A stretch of DNA of 64,000 nt, taken from positions 64,001 to 128,000 of the IMG/VR virus record IMGVR_UViG_3300031788_000002, one strand, 5' to 3'. The translations under genes and the position numbers were made by a program. Below are positions 27,576-37,458 of the stretch, piece by piece (the first letter of the stretch is position 1; each line of letters starts with the position of its first letter). The notes under the pieces are model-generated. The model ran no database searches, was not told the origin of the DNA, and saw nothing but the letters and a program-made list of their open reading frames with translations. The DNA is from a virus.

Positions 27576-29299
27576 GATGACGGGAATCCTACGAGGATCG
27601 GTTCGTACGGTCCGCCTTCCTCGGCAGGCCAGGACCGTAAGTGGCTTATCAGCTTTTTCGCCATGCCGATGCACTGGCCAACGTCGTCCACGATGCCCAA
27701 GAGCAGCGGCGTCTTTTTGTCAGGTTCTGGCCGCGTCGGGCGGCCTAGCAATTGTTGTAGACCTGGCTGTTGTGAAAACAGCGAGGAAAGGATGATGGTG
27801 TCAAGGCGCTGGCAGTCGTACCCTTCTTTGCCGTACTTGGTGATGGAGAAGATGACGTCGCGCTCAGCCACGAAGCGGTTGCGTACACCCGGGTCGACCT
27901 CGTACGTCAGCAGCCCTGCCTGGGTTGTGACCGCAAGCAAATCGTGGATGTATGCGCGTTGCCGTCGCTCGAGCTCATTTTGGAGCTTGCGGGCTACAGC
28001 AACTTGACGCTCAATTTGTTGCAGGCCCACGAGCTCCGCACGAAGGGTCTGCTGTTCGAGGGCCGTGATCCCCTTCGTGAGGCGCGCTTCAATGCACGCT
28101 TTGCGCCGCTGCATCTTCTTCAGGTCCTTGGGCGGCACTAGGAGGGGGCTCAACTGTTCCCCCACATCGGCGGGGGTAGGCAAGGGGATGTCCGTGTAAA
28201 GCGGGTGCCCCGGGCGCTCCCAGCACGACGTCAAGTTGACGACCTCATCAACGCTGTTCGAGAGCACCAAGACCACCCGTTTGTTTTGTCGCGCTTCGTG
28301 CACCAAGCGCAGGAGTAAATTGACGCGGGGTGGGCATTGCCCGAAGTAACTGCTGAGCTTTGAGAGATGTACCTCGCCGTTGACGTCAACTACTTTGGGC
28401 GCGACGGTGGGGTCCTTCATGTCGACACCTACGCCACTCCAGATGAAACTGAAGGTGGGTAGAAGCAGCGGCGTTAGATTCTTGTAAACGATGGGGCCTA
28501 CGTGTCCTTCAGAAAGAACGTGGCGTCCATCCGTGCGCTCGGGGGTTGCCGTCAACGAAATGCGCATGCCGTAGAACATGTCGGCGGTTTTGGAGAACAG
28601 GGGTGCTGGGCAATGGTGGCCTTCCTCAAAAAAGATAAGCCCGAACCATCGGCGTGCTTCTTCCGGAATGGTGTCCGCCCAGTTAGCGATGGAATGGTAC
28701 GTCGCAAGGACAATGCCGTGTTGCCATTCCTTTTTCCCCAGGGCGTAGACACCTACACCGCCCGGAACAACAAGACACGCGTTGATCTCTTTTTGCCACT
28801 GGTAGAGCAGCTGCGTGTTGTCCACCAGGATTAGTGCAGGTACACAGCGCCGGGCGATGAACTCAAGGGCAATAATCGTTTTTCCGCGGCCACATGTTAA
28901 TTGCAGTACACCACCTTGTGAACTCTCGAGCGCCTCAAGGCTTAGCCTTTGAATGTTGTTACCTGTGGGTACCAGAATCTTGTGGCCGCCCACCGTTTTC
29001 TCGATTTTGTGGTCGAGCTTTATACGGCTAGTAAAATTGATGGTGGGGTACTGACGCGGACGACAGTCAATGACAGGGCAGGGTAACCGCACGGGGTCCC
29101 AGAAAGCGCGAGGTATTAAAAGGTGAGCGGGCGCTTCCTTCCAGAGATAATCGATGCGCGTATGGCCTTCGGCACCATACGCGCTCGAACTCTCATACGT
29201 GAGCGCGCTCTTCACGCTGTTCACGTCAATGAGATACTTCGGGATCCAAAGGTAGCGGTCGAGGTACGCCTTGTCGGGATCCCGGCGAATGACTTTCAT
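27521..29299 (-). CDS. Superfamily 2 helicase (UvsW/XPB-like)
   Basis: GRGKT, FEEGHH (DExH variant), LTATPER, GKEGYD, QLLGRPTR. Confidence 0.85.
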   Translation of the reverse strand: MKVIRRDPDKAYLDRYLWIPKYLIDVNSVKSALTYESSSAYGAEGHTRIDYLWKEAPAHLLIPRAFWDPVRLPCPVIDCRPRQYPTINFTSRIKLDHKIEKTVGGHKILVPTGNNIQRLSLEALESSQGGVLQLTCGRGKTIIALEFIARRCVPALILVDNTQLLYQWQKEINACLVVPGGVGVYALGKKEWQHGIVLATYHSIANWADTIPEEARRWFGLIFFEEGHHCPAPLFSKTADMFYGMRISLTATPERTDGRHVLSEGHVGPIVYKNLTPLLLPTFSFIWSGVGVDMKDPTVAPKVVDVNGEVHLSKLSSYFGQCPPRVNLLLRLVHEARQNKRVVLVLSNSVDEVVNLTSCWERPGHPLYTDIPLPTPADVGEQLSPLLVPPKDLKKMQRRKACIEARLTKGITALEQQTLRAELVGLQQIERQVAVARKLQNELERRQRAYIHDLLAVTTQAGLLTYEVDPGVRNRFVAERDVIFSITKYGKEGYDCQRLDTIILSSLFSQQPGLQQLLGRPTRPEPDKKTPLLLGIVDDVGQCIGMAKKLISHLRSWPAEEGGPYEPILVGFPSSWKSRMKPPATTMELFGR

Positions 29300-30156
29300 G
29301 GGCGGTGGAAGTACGCCGTCCAGGGATAGTAATCTACGATATTCAGCGCGGTCATAAGCCCTCCCTTAATTGCACCCCGGCCTAGCGCAGCGGCAGCCAT
29401 GCGCCAAATATCTTGGGGTTTCACCGGCGGTGGTTCGGGTACGGTGAGAAACGAACCTGATTGAACGCCGGGTAGAATGTGGTTTTGTGGTGCGTATGCG
29501 GGGACGCTAGCGTTCTCCGGAGCGACGAGTTGTACCGGCATGTGCTGGGGCTGGCTCGCGAAGTAACTTCCGTGAACTGCGTAGGCTTGTTGTTGCTGTA
29601 CCGGGTACGCTTGCGTTTGGGTCCCTTGTTGTACAGGGCGTTGGTACATAGACTGCACCGGGTATTGGGGCTGCGCTTGGTAAGTTTGCTGTACTTGCGG
29701 TAGGGGTGCCGGCAGCCGTGTTTGATTCGCGAGCGCTTGCTGTAGCGAGCTCATCTGTTGAATGGGCGTCGGGTAGGTTTGCGACGTACCGGGCATCATC
29801 GCCGGTGGCATGACCGGGTGCGGCGTCGGCGTTGGCGCCACCGGTCGGGAAGGGATCATCCCTAGAATGGTCGGGCTCGTGTTGGGTTCAATCTGTTGAC
29901 GTACGGGTACATTCATAGACATTGCTTCCTGACAGCGACCATAAAAAGAACACGCCTCCCTTTGATGCGTTGCGCCTGACCAATAGCTTGTGTCATTGCC
30001 CCCCGCGCATTTAACGTTGTTTGGATCGTGCTTGACGCCAAAGCATAGGGGGCCAACCCAGCCGCAAGACGCGCACACGCTCTCTTCAGACCCGTTGGCA
30101 TTGCACGCCGTTTGAACCGTGTGTCGTCTGCAGCTTGGGCAGAGCGCGCTTTCCAT
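29296..30156 (-). CDS. Zn-finger protein with Q/P-rich low-complexity region, 286 aa
   Basis: CPSC...CASC...C...C N-terminus; GAGGAGG RBS; first gene of the leftward operon. Confidence 0.65.
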   Translation of the reverse strand: MESALCPSCRRHTVQTACNANGSEESVCASCGWVGPLCFGVKHDPNNVKCAGGNDTSYWSGATHQREACSFYGRCQEAMSMNVPVRQQIEPNTSPTILGMIPSRPVAPTPTPHPVMPPAMMPGTSQTYPTPIQQMSSLQQALANQTRLPAPLPQVQQTYQAQPQYPVQSMYQRPVQQGTQTQAYPVQQQQAYAVHGSYFASQPQHMPVQLVAPENASVPAYAPQNHILPGVQSGSFLTVPEPPPVKPQDIWRMAAAALGRGAIKGGLMTALNIVDYYPWTAYFHRP

Positions 30157-30196
30157 AAACCTCCTCGGGGGCTAGCGGGGCTTGCCTCCAGTTCTC

Positions 30197-30207
30197 TTAT
30201 GCCTGCG
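30197..30207 (-). promoter_or_regulatory. Candidate phage promoter motif CGCAGGCATAA
   Basis: 10/11 identical to 42025-42035; both precede the first gene of a leftward operon. Confidence 0.4.
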
Positions 30208-30257
30208 CTACCCGCTACTCTTTCGGCTATTACGGCGTGCTAGTTTGAGGGAGCGCT

Positions 30258-31694
30258 ATGCAAAAACTCAGTGGTATGATCCTGGACCCCTTCGACGATG
30301 CCGAAGGCCGCGTGATGCGCGCGCTCTATCCTCGTTATGAAGATGTACCCTCTTTTGTGAAAACCGCGATGACGGTTTCCCAAGAGGAACTTCAAGCTCT
30401 TCCCGACGATGTATTCGCCTTGGTGTTGCGCCAGGGGGATGTAACTCTTCGCAAGTATGCGTGTGTCGATACAGGGAATACCGCGTTGAACGTGGGGTAC
30501 TTCTTGGCCACTTTCGACAAACTCCCCGTCGAAGCAGTGAAGGTAGCGGCGCACAGTTTGATCACGGCGTGCGGCTGGTACGACATCGATCCGCCTGAAG
30601 CATTGAAGAAGCTGAGCACGGGGCTTTTGCCTACGGTGGGGCGCCAACGGGTGTGGAAGGACAGTGAGGGTACGCTGTACGGAAGCGATGGATCGAGCTG
30701 GGATCTTCAAAAGACGGCGGATGTTATCGGCACGATGGACATGCCCACGCAGGCGCCCATGGATAGCGTGGTGCGTAAAAAGCCGGCGCTGTCCGTCGCG
30801 AAGACAGCGGAAGAAGGCATCGCGCACCTGGTGGACACGGATAAGAAAACCGAAGGGGACGACGACACCGTACTCGAGCAGACGTTCGGGATTACTGCGA
30901 AGAATCCAGCCAAGGAGCCACAAGTTACGGCGGTGCTGCGCCCGCATGTGGACGTGACGGATAAAGAACCGCCGAAGCTGGTGAGCGAGAAGACCGCACG
31001 GTATTACGCGCTGCCCTATGCGCAGCGTTACCCTCTCGATACACATGCGCAGGTAAAAGCGGCGAGCGCGTACTTCGATGCGTATGTCCGCCTTATGGCT
31101 CCAGAGGATCGCCACACGTTCGCGGTCAATCTGGTGAAGCGCGCCGAGCCGCTTTCCATCGGTCTAAGCAAGACCGCTATGCAGTACGGGCAAACCGCGT
31201 ACGCACCGGCGGAACACATTGAAGCGTGCATCGAAGGGCGCGTTCAGCTGCTTCAGCCCCACGTGGATGGATTTACGGAGGCGGAGAAGACCGCGAGCCA
31301 GCATGCCATCGGTCTTTACCAGGAGCTGTTTCACAGCCGGGCGCTTTTAACTCCCCCGGTGTTTGCGCGGACGCTTTCGGATATCGATAAGCTGGCGGGT
31401 CTTGATGAATTTTGGGACCAAGACGTTGTCGACCCCTTCCTGTCCACGTTCTATAAGACCGCGGAACAAGATGATTCGAGCGATGCCCTCATCGTGGGTA
31501 ACGAATACATGCGCTTGACGGACTTGAAAGCCCTTGCGGCTAACAAACCCGCTACGTTGCGAAAGCGGTTCAGCGAAGAGCTTGTTACGGCGTTCCAGAA
31601 GGATCCGGTGGGTATCTTCGAATCGCTCCCCCTGGACCAACGCTTGGTTTTGATGCGCATCGCTAATGGTGCAACCGAAACGCGAATGGCGTAG
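30258..31694 (+). CDS. KTA-repeat head/internal protein, 478 aa
   Basis: Seven KTA tripeptides; two LP..(F/Y)AL...RKY/RYP-type modules. Confidence 0.7.
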   Translation: MQKLSGMILDPFDDAEGRVMRALYPRYEDVPSFVKTAMTVSQEELQALPDDVFALVLRQGDVTLRKYACVDTGNTALNVGYFLATFDKLPVEAVKVAAHSLITACGWYDIDPPEALKKLSTGLLPTVGRQRVWKDSEGTLYGSDGSSWDLQKTADVIGTMDMPTQAPMDSVVRKKPALSVAKTAEEGIAHLVDTDKKTEGDDDTVLEQTFGITAKNPAKEPQVTAVLRPHVDVTDKEPPKLVSEKTARYYALPYAQRYPLDTHAQVKAASAYFDAYVRLMAPEDRHTFAVNLVKRAEPLSIGLSKTAMQYGQTAYAPAEHIEACIEGRVQLLQPHVDGFTEAEKTASQHAIGLYQELFHSRALLTPPVFARTLSDIDKLAGLDEFWDQDVVDPFLSTFYKTAEQDDSSDALIVGNEYMRLTDLKALAANKPATLRKRFSEELVTAFQKDPVGIFESLPLDQRLVLMRIANGATETRMA

Positions 31695-31708
31695 GGTAAG
31701 GCCGATAC

Positions 31709-32536
31709 ATGCCGACCTTGCTCCGCCCCGACGATCCGGATATTCAGAAGCTCGAGCGGCTTGCGGTTAAAGGAACGAGTGAAGACGAAGCCAAGACGCT
31801 GGCGCAGCTTCTTCAAGAAGAACCCGAAGACAACGCCACGCAAGTCGCTGAGGTGCTCGAAACGCCAAGCACCAAAGTGGTTTCTTCGGCGGCTCCTTCA
31901 CCGACCACCATCAACCTGTTCCAACATCCGGACGCGCACCCCTATGTGCTCGACGTGGCCCTTCTTCGTCGCTATGGCCCGGCATGGATGGGTTGGGAAC
32001 CCGACCTCTTAGAAGCCAAGATCCTGCTTGATTTCCACACGCGCAGCATCAGCGATCTGACGCGCGACAAGATTCAAGCACTCAAGACGCTTCATCTAGT
32101 CGACACGTTCTGGGATTCGTGGCTCGTGTTTGTACCCTGCGCCATGGCCTTGTCCGGGGTGCATGCGGACTTTCGGGTCCTGAACGCTTTGACCGTCCCC
32201 CAAGCCATGATTGCGGTCGACATCGCGGCCAAGCTGCGTACCGACGTACCGTACAGCCTTGACGTGCGTACGTACCTCGCGGTGGTGCACCTGCACGACG
32301 GCATGGTGTGCCCGATCGAACCCCTGACCGATATCGTGGACGTCGATACGTCGCGTTACGATCTCGACGTACCCAAGATTCGAGCTCAATGGGATGCGGT
32401 GCGTAAAGACGATCGAGCGCCGGAAGGGTTAACACCCGAAGCGGTTCAGCTACAGCGCATGCTCGAAGCCCATCATCTTTTAGAGGAGAGCCGGCAGCAT
32501 CTGAGCGACCAGCTGCCCCTTGTTTACCATGCTTGA
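31709..32536 (+). CDS. Hypothetical protein, 275 aa
   Basis: Long ORF in the portal operon. Confidence 0.6.
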   Translation: MPTLLRPDDPDIQKLERLAVKGTSEDEAKTLAQLLQEEPEDNATQVAEVLETPSTKVVSSAAPSPTTINLFQHPDAHPYVLDVALLRRYGPAWMGWEPDLLEAKILLDFHTRSISDLTRDKIQALKTLHLVDTFWDSWLVFVPCAMALSGVHADFRVLNALTVPQAMIAVDIAAKLRTDVPYSLDVRTYLAVVHLHDGMVCPIEPLTDIVDVDTSRYDLDVPKIRAQWDAVRKDDRAPEGLTPEAVQLQRMLEAHHLLEESRQHLSDQLPLVYHA

Positions 32537-33689
32537 TCCGCTTCTTTTGCATTACATGCACGAGGCGTTGCAGAAGGAAGCGTTCTTAGGAGGGTTGGCA
32601 CGCGGCGCCCTGACCGCGGCCTCTCAGAAGCTGACGCAGTCGGGGGCGGGCGCCGCTTTGCAAAGTGCTGGACGCGCGGTGGGGGGCCAGATGGTACGTT
32701 CCGCGGGTAACGTGGGCGCGGGCATGGGCCTCGGGGCGGCTGCGGGCGGCGCGCTCGGCGCGGCACACGGCGCCTACCAGGGGTACAGCAAACCAGTCGA
32801 AGAAGGGGGAGGTACGCTGGGCGCTCTTTCGGGCGCACTCGCCGGCGGAAGCCGGGGCGCCTTGATTGGCACCGCCGTGGGGGGTGCCGCGGGGTTGGCT
32901 TCGGGGGGCCGCGGGGCGGGGACGGTGGCGCAGCTCACCGCGGGCAAATACAACCCGCTTGGTTTGGCGGCTCGGTCTGGGCAGCGCCAGCTTCACTCCG
33001 TGACCGGGTTGGTCCCTGGGGGCGCCGCGCGGGGAACGCCGCAGTACGCGCAAGCCCTGACGCAGTTGAACGTCGGGGGTTTGAAAGATCACTTGAATGC
33101 GGCGGAGAAGGCGTTGCAACGGGGCAACATCCCCGCGATGGATCAAGTGAACGGGCGGTACCGTCAGGCGCTCGAAGGCGCGCAAAAGGGGCAGACCAGC
33201 TTGGCGGGGATCGCTCAGAACTTCCAGGAGAAGGGGCTGCGCGAGGGCGGTAAAGATGTGCTGCAGCACGGTCTCGGCAATGCGTGGAGGGGGCAGAGTA
33301 CGTTAGGCAAGGCCGCGTTGATCGGCACCCCGGCCGCCGGCGCTGCCCTTGCCGCAGCGCAGCCCAGTGATCCGAATGATCCCGACGCACCGAGCACGAA
33401 AGGGGAGCAAGTCGGGGGTGCCCTTGGAAGCGGGGTAGCGTCCGCGTTGACGCCTTTCGTGGGTTCCACGGGGGGTCGTGCAATTGGGCACGTGGGAAGC
33501 GCTGTGGGCGGCACCATCGGGAAAGGCATCGGACAATTGGTGGGTGTGAAGAAGAACCAACCGCCATCCATGACGCTCGGCGGTGGCGCCGCGACCCCCG
33601 GCGCGCAGCCGGGTCTCGATAGCCCCCAAGTTGAACGAGTGATGACCAACGCAGCGCAAGGCAAACCGCCGGATAACCTGATGTCATGA
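32529..33689 (+). CDS. Glycine-zipper-rich protein with short N-terminal leader ending KEA (possible ejection protein)
   Basis: MLDPLLLHYMHEALQKEA followed by repeated GxxxG tracts. Confidence 0.6.
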   Translation: MLDPLLLHYMHEALQKEAFLGGLARGALTAASQKLTQSGAGAALQSAGRAVGGQMVRSAGNVGAGMGLGAAAGGALGAAHGAYQGYSKPVEEGGGTLGALSGALAGGSRGALIGTAVGGAAGLASGGRGAGTVAQLTAGKYNPLGLAARSGQRQLHSVTGLVPGGAARGTPQYAQALTQLNVGGLKDHLNAAEKALQRGNIPAMDQVNGRYRQALEGAQKGQTSLAGIAQNFQEKGLREGGKDVLQHGLGNAWRGQSTLGKAALIGTPAAGAALAAAQPSDPNDPDAPSTKGEQVGGALGSGVASALTPFVGSTGGRAIGHVGSAVGGTIGKGIGQLVGVKKNQPPSMTLGGGAATPGAQPGLDSPQVERVMTNAAQGKPPDNLMS

Positions 33690-36600
33690 GCTTCTCCTTC
33701 GGTAACTTTGCGATGGGCTCCCCCACGAGCCCTGGGCGCTTTCAAGGGGGCATGACCCGCGGCCGTATTCAGGGCGGCAACGTGCAAGGGGTCAATTACC
33801 CGAGCCCTTTCTTTGATGTCGCGCACACGTACTTGCCGACCACGGTTAAGCAGCTTTTCAAGTTCTGCCGGTACTACTTCCTGACCAACCCGCTCATCAA
33901 CGCCATCATTGTTAAGTTGGCGGAATATCCGGTGACAGACGTAGTCGTGGACCACGAAGATCCCGAAGTTGTACGACGGTGGAGCGAGTACTTTAATGAA
34001 ACCATCCGCATGCGATCGTTTCAGATTGAGTGCGGCTTGGACTACCAGTGCTACGGCACGTCGGCGGTCAGTCTTTCCTTCCCCTTTCAGAAATACCTGA
34101 CGTGTACATCCTGCGGCTTCAGTGAACAGGCGCGCAAGATCCGTGAGTATTGGCTGTACACGAGCCACGAGTTTCGTTTGTCGTGCCCCAAGTGCGGGCA
34201 GACGGGTGCAGCAACTCCGAAGGATTGGTATTACCGCGACGCCAGCTCTATTCGTCCAGTGCGCTGGAGCGTGGAAGACATCGAAGTCAGCTACAACGAC
34301 ATCACGGGCGAGTGCACGTACTTCTATACGCTGCCCGCGCCCATTCGCGCCGACGTTACCCTGGGAAAAAAGGACATCGTCGAGGGCATGCCCCAAATCT
34401 TTCTTCAGGCAATTCGCCAAGAGAAGGGGGTCGTTTTCAGCAAGGCCAACCTTTTCGTAATGAAGCGGCCAACGCTGGCGTTCCAAGATCGCGGCTGGGG
34501 TATCCCGCTTATCCTGCCCGTTCTCAAAGATGCGTTCTACTTGCAGATCATGAAGAAGGCGCAGGAAGCGCTTCTGCTTGAGCATATTGTTCCCCTACGC
34601 ATTTTGTTTCCCCAAGCGGCTAGCGGAACTACCGATCCATTCACGACAATCAATCTTCTCGATTGGCGTGACCAAGTTGCGATGGAGCTCGCGCGTTGGA
34701 GGCAGGACTGTGTGACGCCAGAGTCTTGGGTGGAAGCTGAGGCTGGGGTTGTACAAGCGGGGAGCGTGAAGAAGGGTGATCGTCTCCGTGACCACACAGG
34801 GTTCTTGTCTACTGTTGAGAAAGTATGGCGCCGCCCCCTACGTGACGGCGAGCGCGCGTACCAAGTTGTTGTACGCGGTTTGCACGGTGCTGTGCCCTGC
34901 GTGTCAGAAGGCCACCCGTTCATTGCACGACGGAAGTTCAACAATGGCAACGGGCACAAACTTGGAGGTGAGACTAAGCCCATCCGCGTGAAGGACCTGC
35001 GCGTGGGGGACTACATCGGGTACCCCGTACCGAAGTATCCCGCGTCGGAAGCGAGTACACTTGATCTCGCAGAGTTCGTGGACAATGCAGTGACCAACGA
35101 CTGGGTCTACGTAGACTATCGAGACGCGGGTGTTCCCGAAGCGTACGAGCACTTGGCGTCGGGCGCAGAAGCTACAGATCGACAAGCATTGCTCTCGGAA
35201 AAGGGTTGGTCGGTCAACCAGTACAAGACCGCGCAGAATGCGATCCGTGAGCAGCGCGTACCCCGTCGTGTTACCCGTTACATCGCCTTTGACGAAGAGC
35301 TGTGCTGGGTCTCTGGGTTGTACCTGGCCGAGGGGAACGTCACGCCGAAGCAGGTTCTTTTCTCGCTGCACAGGGACGGGGCGGAATTCGTGGCGCGCCT
35401 CGATGCGTTCTTCCTGAAGAACTTTGGAACCGAAGGGTTTACCGCGGAAAAGAGTGAACAGGGCATCCAGCGTGTCTACTCAAGCACAGTAGCCGCCCAG
35501 TTTTTCCATAGCCTGTGCGAGGGTACATCCGTCAGGAAGCGCGTGGCAGACGAGTTGAAGCACGCCGGGGAGCGGCGCGTCGCTTCACTTCTTCACGGCT
35601 ACTTCGACGGCGACGGTTGTTACCACGAGGGCCACAAAACGGAGAAGCGTGACGCGATTACAGCCAGCCGACAGCTCGCTGCCGACGTTCGCAATCTTCT
35701 TCTCGCCTATGGGTTCATCCCGGGTCTTACACGTCAAGAACCGGAAGCCTACTGCATCAACGGGAAGACGGGCGTGTCCAGCGGTTCGTACAAGATATCG
35801 CTTCACGGCGGCATGGCCCTGCGTTTTGACGCTTGGCTACGCGGTGAGCCGCTCCCACACGTAGTTCACTGCAACATCGGGCTCTTTAAGGACGGCTACG
35901 TGTGGCATCGCATCGAGGAGCTCCGGGAGGTAGAAGCCAAGGAGGTGATCGGTTTCCAGATGACCTGTGGTCCCGTCGTTACCCTCGAAGACGACACGGA
36001 AACGCACGGCACGTTCTGCTTGTGGGGCATGGCCTCAGTTAACACGAACTACATCCCGATCATGCCCCTACCCCTGGGTAATCAGACCATTGGTGGGGAT
36101 GGCAAAGCGCTCTTGATGAGTCAAGAAATGCAAATGCTAGGCGAGCAGATCATGATGGGCATGGGTGTGCCCCGGGAGTTTTTGCAAGGCGGCTTGTCCT
36201 GGGCTGGCAGCAACGTGTCCATGCGCATGCTCGAGAACACGTTCTTGAGCTTCATCGGCCGACAGCGGCAGATGGTCAATTGGATCATGCAGCTCGTCTC
36301 CCATTTCATGGGGTGGCCCAAGGTCAATGTACGGCTCAAGCCGTTCAAGATGGCCGACGACATGCAACGTAAGAGCTACTTGTTCCAGCTGAACCAAGCG
36401 AACAAGATCAGCGACACCACGCTACTGGCGGACGCCGACCTCGATATTGAAGATGAGAACGACATCATGATCCGCGAGAGCGCCAGGCGCTTGGCGGCGG
36501 TGAAGAAGCAACAGCTCGCGATGGCCGAGATTCAAGGCGAGAGCCAGGTCATCATGATGAAGATGCAAGCCAAGGCGCAGCAAACGATGCAGCAAGCGCA

Positions 36601-37084
36601 GCAGCAACCTTTGGCACCGGGAGAGCCCGGGGGGCCCGATGGCGCCCTGAACGCGCAGCAAGCGCAACAAGCAGCACAGCCACCCCCCGTCCCCATGTTG
36701 CCTGGGCCTGCGCCTGCGCGCGGGTACTCTTCGAGCGTGCCAGCCGGCGCGCAGAGCTCCCTTAGTATCGATCAGGACTTGGGGTCGTCCGCCGGGAACG
36801 AGAAGATGCCCGTCGACTTGGTTCAGCTGGCCACTGGCTACGCCAAACAGATCGCGCAGCTTGATCCAGACATGCAAGAGATGGCGCTCAACGCTCTGGC
36901 GGCGCAGAGTCAAGACCTGGCCGATTTGGTGACTGAACTCATCAGTAAAGAACAACAGAGCGCCGCCCCCGCAGGCGACGCCGTCATGCTGGGCGACGCT
37001 CAGGGGGGCTCGGAAACGGGGGGCGTGGACATGCGTCCGTTGCCCGAAGCATTGCCCCCACGGCGGATGCAGGCGTTGATCTAG
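33686..37084 (+). CDS. Portal protein containing an intein (about 687 aa after splicing)
   Basis: Portal-like N-terminus (FCRYYFLTNPLINAII.KLAEYP), GWGIPLI, MGVPREFL; head-cluster context. Confidence 0.65.
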   Translation: MSFSFGNFAMGSPTSPGRFQGGMTRGRIQGGNVQGVNYPSPFFDVAHTYLPTTVKQLFKFCRYYFLTNPLINAIIVKLAEYPVTDVVVDHEDPEVVRRWSEYFNETIRMRSFQIECGLDYQCYGTSAVSLSFPFQKYLTCTSCGFSEQARKIREYWLYTSHEFRLSCPKCGQTGAATPKDWYYRDASSIRPVRWSVEDIEVSYNDITGECTYFYTLPAPIRADVTLGKKDIVEGMPQIFLQAIRQEKGVVFSKANLFVMKRPTLAFQDRGWGIPLILPVLKDAFYLQIMKKAQEALLLEHIVPLRILFPQAASGTTDPFTTINLLDWRDQVAMELARWRQDCVTPESWVEAEAGVVQAGSVKKGDRLRDHTGFLSTVEKVWRRPLRDGERAYQVVVRGLHGAVPCVSEGHPFIARRKFNNGNGHKLGGETKPIRVKDLRVGDYIGYPVPKYPASEASTLDLAEFVDNAVTNDWVYVDYRDAGVPEAYEHLASGAEATDRQALLSEKGWSVNQYKTAQNAIREQRVPRRVTRYIAFDEELCWVSGLYLAEGNVTPKQVLFSLHRDGAEFVARLDAFFLKNFGTEGFTAEKSEQGIQRVYSSTVAAQFFHSLCEGTSVRKRVADELKHAGERRVASLLHGYFDGDGCYHEGHKTEKRDAITASRQLAADVRNLLLAYGFIPGLTRQEPEAYCINGKTGVSSGSYKISLHGGMALRFDAWLRGEPLPHVVHCNIGLFKDGYVWHRIEELREVEAKEVIGFQMTCGPVVTLEDDTETHGTFCLWGMASVNTNYIPIMPLPLGNQTIGGDGKALLMSQEMQMLGEQIMMGMGVPREFLQGGLSWAGSNVSMRMLENTFLSFIGRQRQMVNWIMQLVSHFMGWPKVNVRLKPFKMADDMQRKSYLFQLNQANKISDTTLLADADLDIEDENDIMIRESARRLAAVKKQQLAMAEIQGESQVIMMKMQAKAQQTMQQAQQQPLAPGEPGGPDGALNAQQAQQAAQPPPVPMLPGPAPARGYSSSVPAGAQSSLSIDQDLGSSAGNEKMPVDLVQLATGYAKQIAQLDPDMQEMALNALAAQSQDLADLVTELISKEQQSAAPAGDAVMLGDAQGGSETGGVDMRPLPEALPPRRMQALI
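34709..36043 (+). mobile_element. Intein with LAGLIDADG homing endonuclease in the portal gene (445 aa)
   Basis: Starts at D|CVTPESWV; block B SEGHPF; GLYLAEG and GYFDGDG; ends ASVN|T. Confidence 0.85.
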
Positions 37085-37086
37085 CT

Positions 37087-37419
37087 ATGGGTACGAAGCT
37101 GCATGAAGCCCGCTTGCCCGATGGGCGGCACTACTCTTGGTCGTTTTTCTGCCCGGGGTGTCAGTCGGTTCACTGCGTTACGAGTGGCTGGTCCTTCAAT
37201 GGATCCTCTACGGCGCCGACCTTTTCTCCACCTGTCTTGGTGCATGCAGAGCCGGCCGTTGGTTACCCACGGTGTCACTCCCACGTGACGAATGGCGAGA
37301 TCGCGTATTGTTCAGATTCTACGCATGCGCTGGCGGGAAAGACCGTGCCGTTACCGGACTGGGATGCCACCAGGTTTGCTGCAGACAAGCTCTTACATCC
37401 AGAGCAAAAGAACAGCTAA
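37087..37419 (+). CDS. Small Cys/His metal-binding protein (DUF6527-like)
   Basis: FCPGC...H...WSFNG...PTFSP...CHS...DSTH.LAG pattern. Confidence 0.6.
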   Translation: MGTKLHEARLPDGRHYSWSFFCPGCQSVHCVTSGWSFNGSSTAPTFSPPVLVHAEPAVGYPRCHSHVTNGEIAYCSDSTHALAGKTVPLPDWDATRFAADKLLHPEQKNS

Positions 37420-37453
37420 AAGAAACACGGGGCGCCCTCCGAAGAGAGCGCCC
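37418..37453 (-). terminator. Intrinsic terminator with cUUCGg loop for the MoxR/VWA operon
   Basis: Minus strand GGGCGCTCTC-TTCG-GAGGGCGCCC followed by CGTGTTTCTTTT. Confidence 0.75.
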
Positions 37454-37458
37454 GGTTC

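Noticed and set aside
30240-31115. Long antisense ORFs (also 13627..14529, 33215..34585, 45191..46237, 52776..53948)
   Set aside because: These are shadow frames of GC-rich genes that have clear motifs on the other strand.
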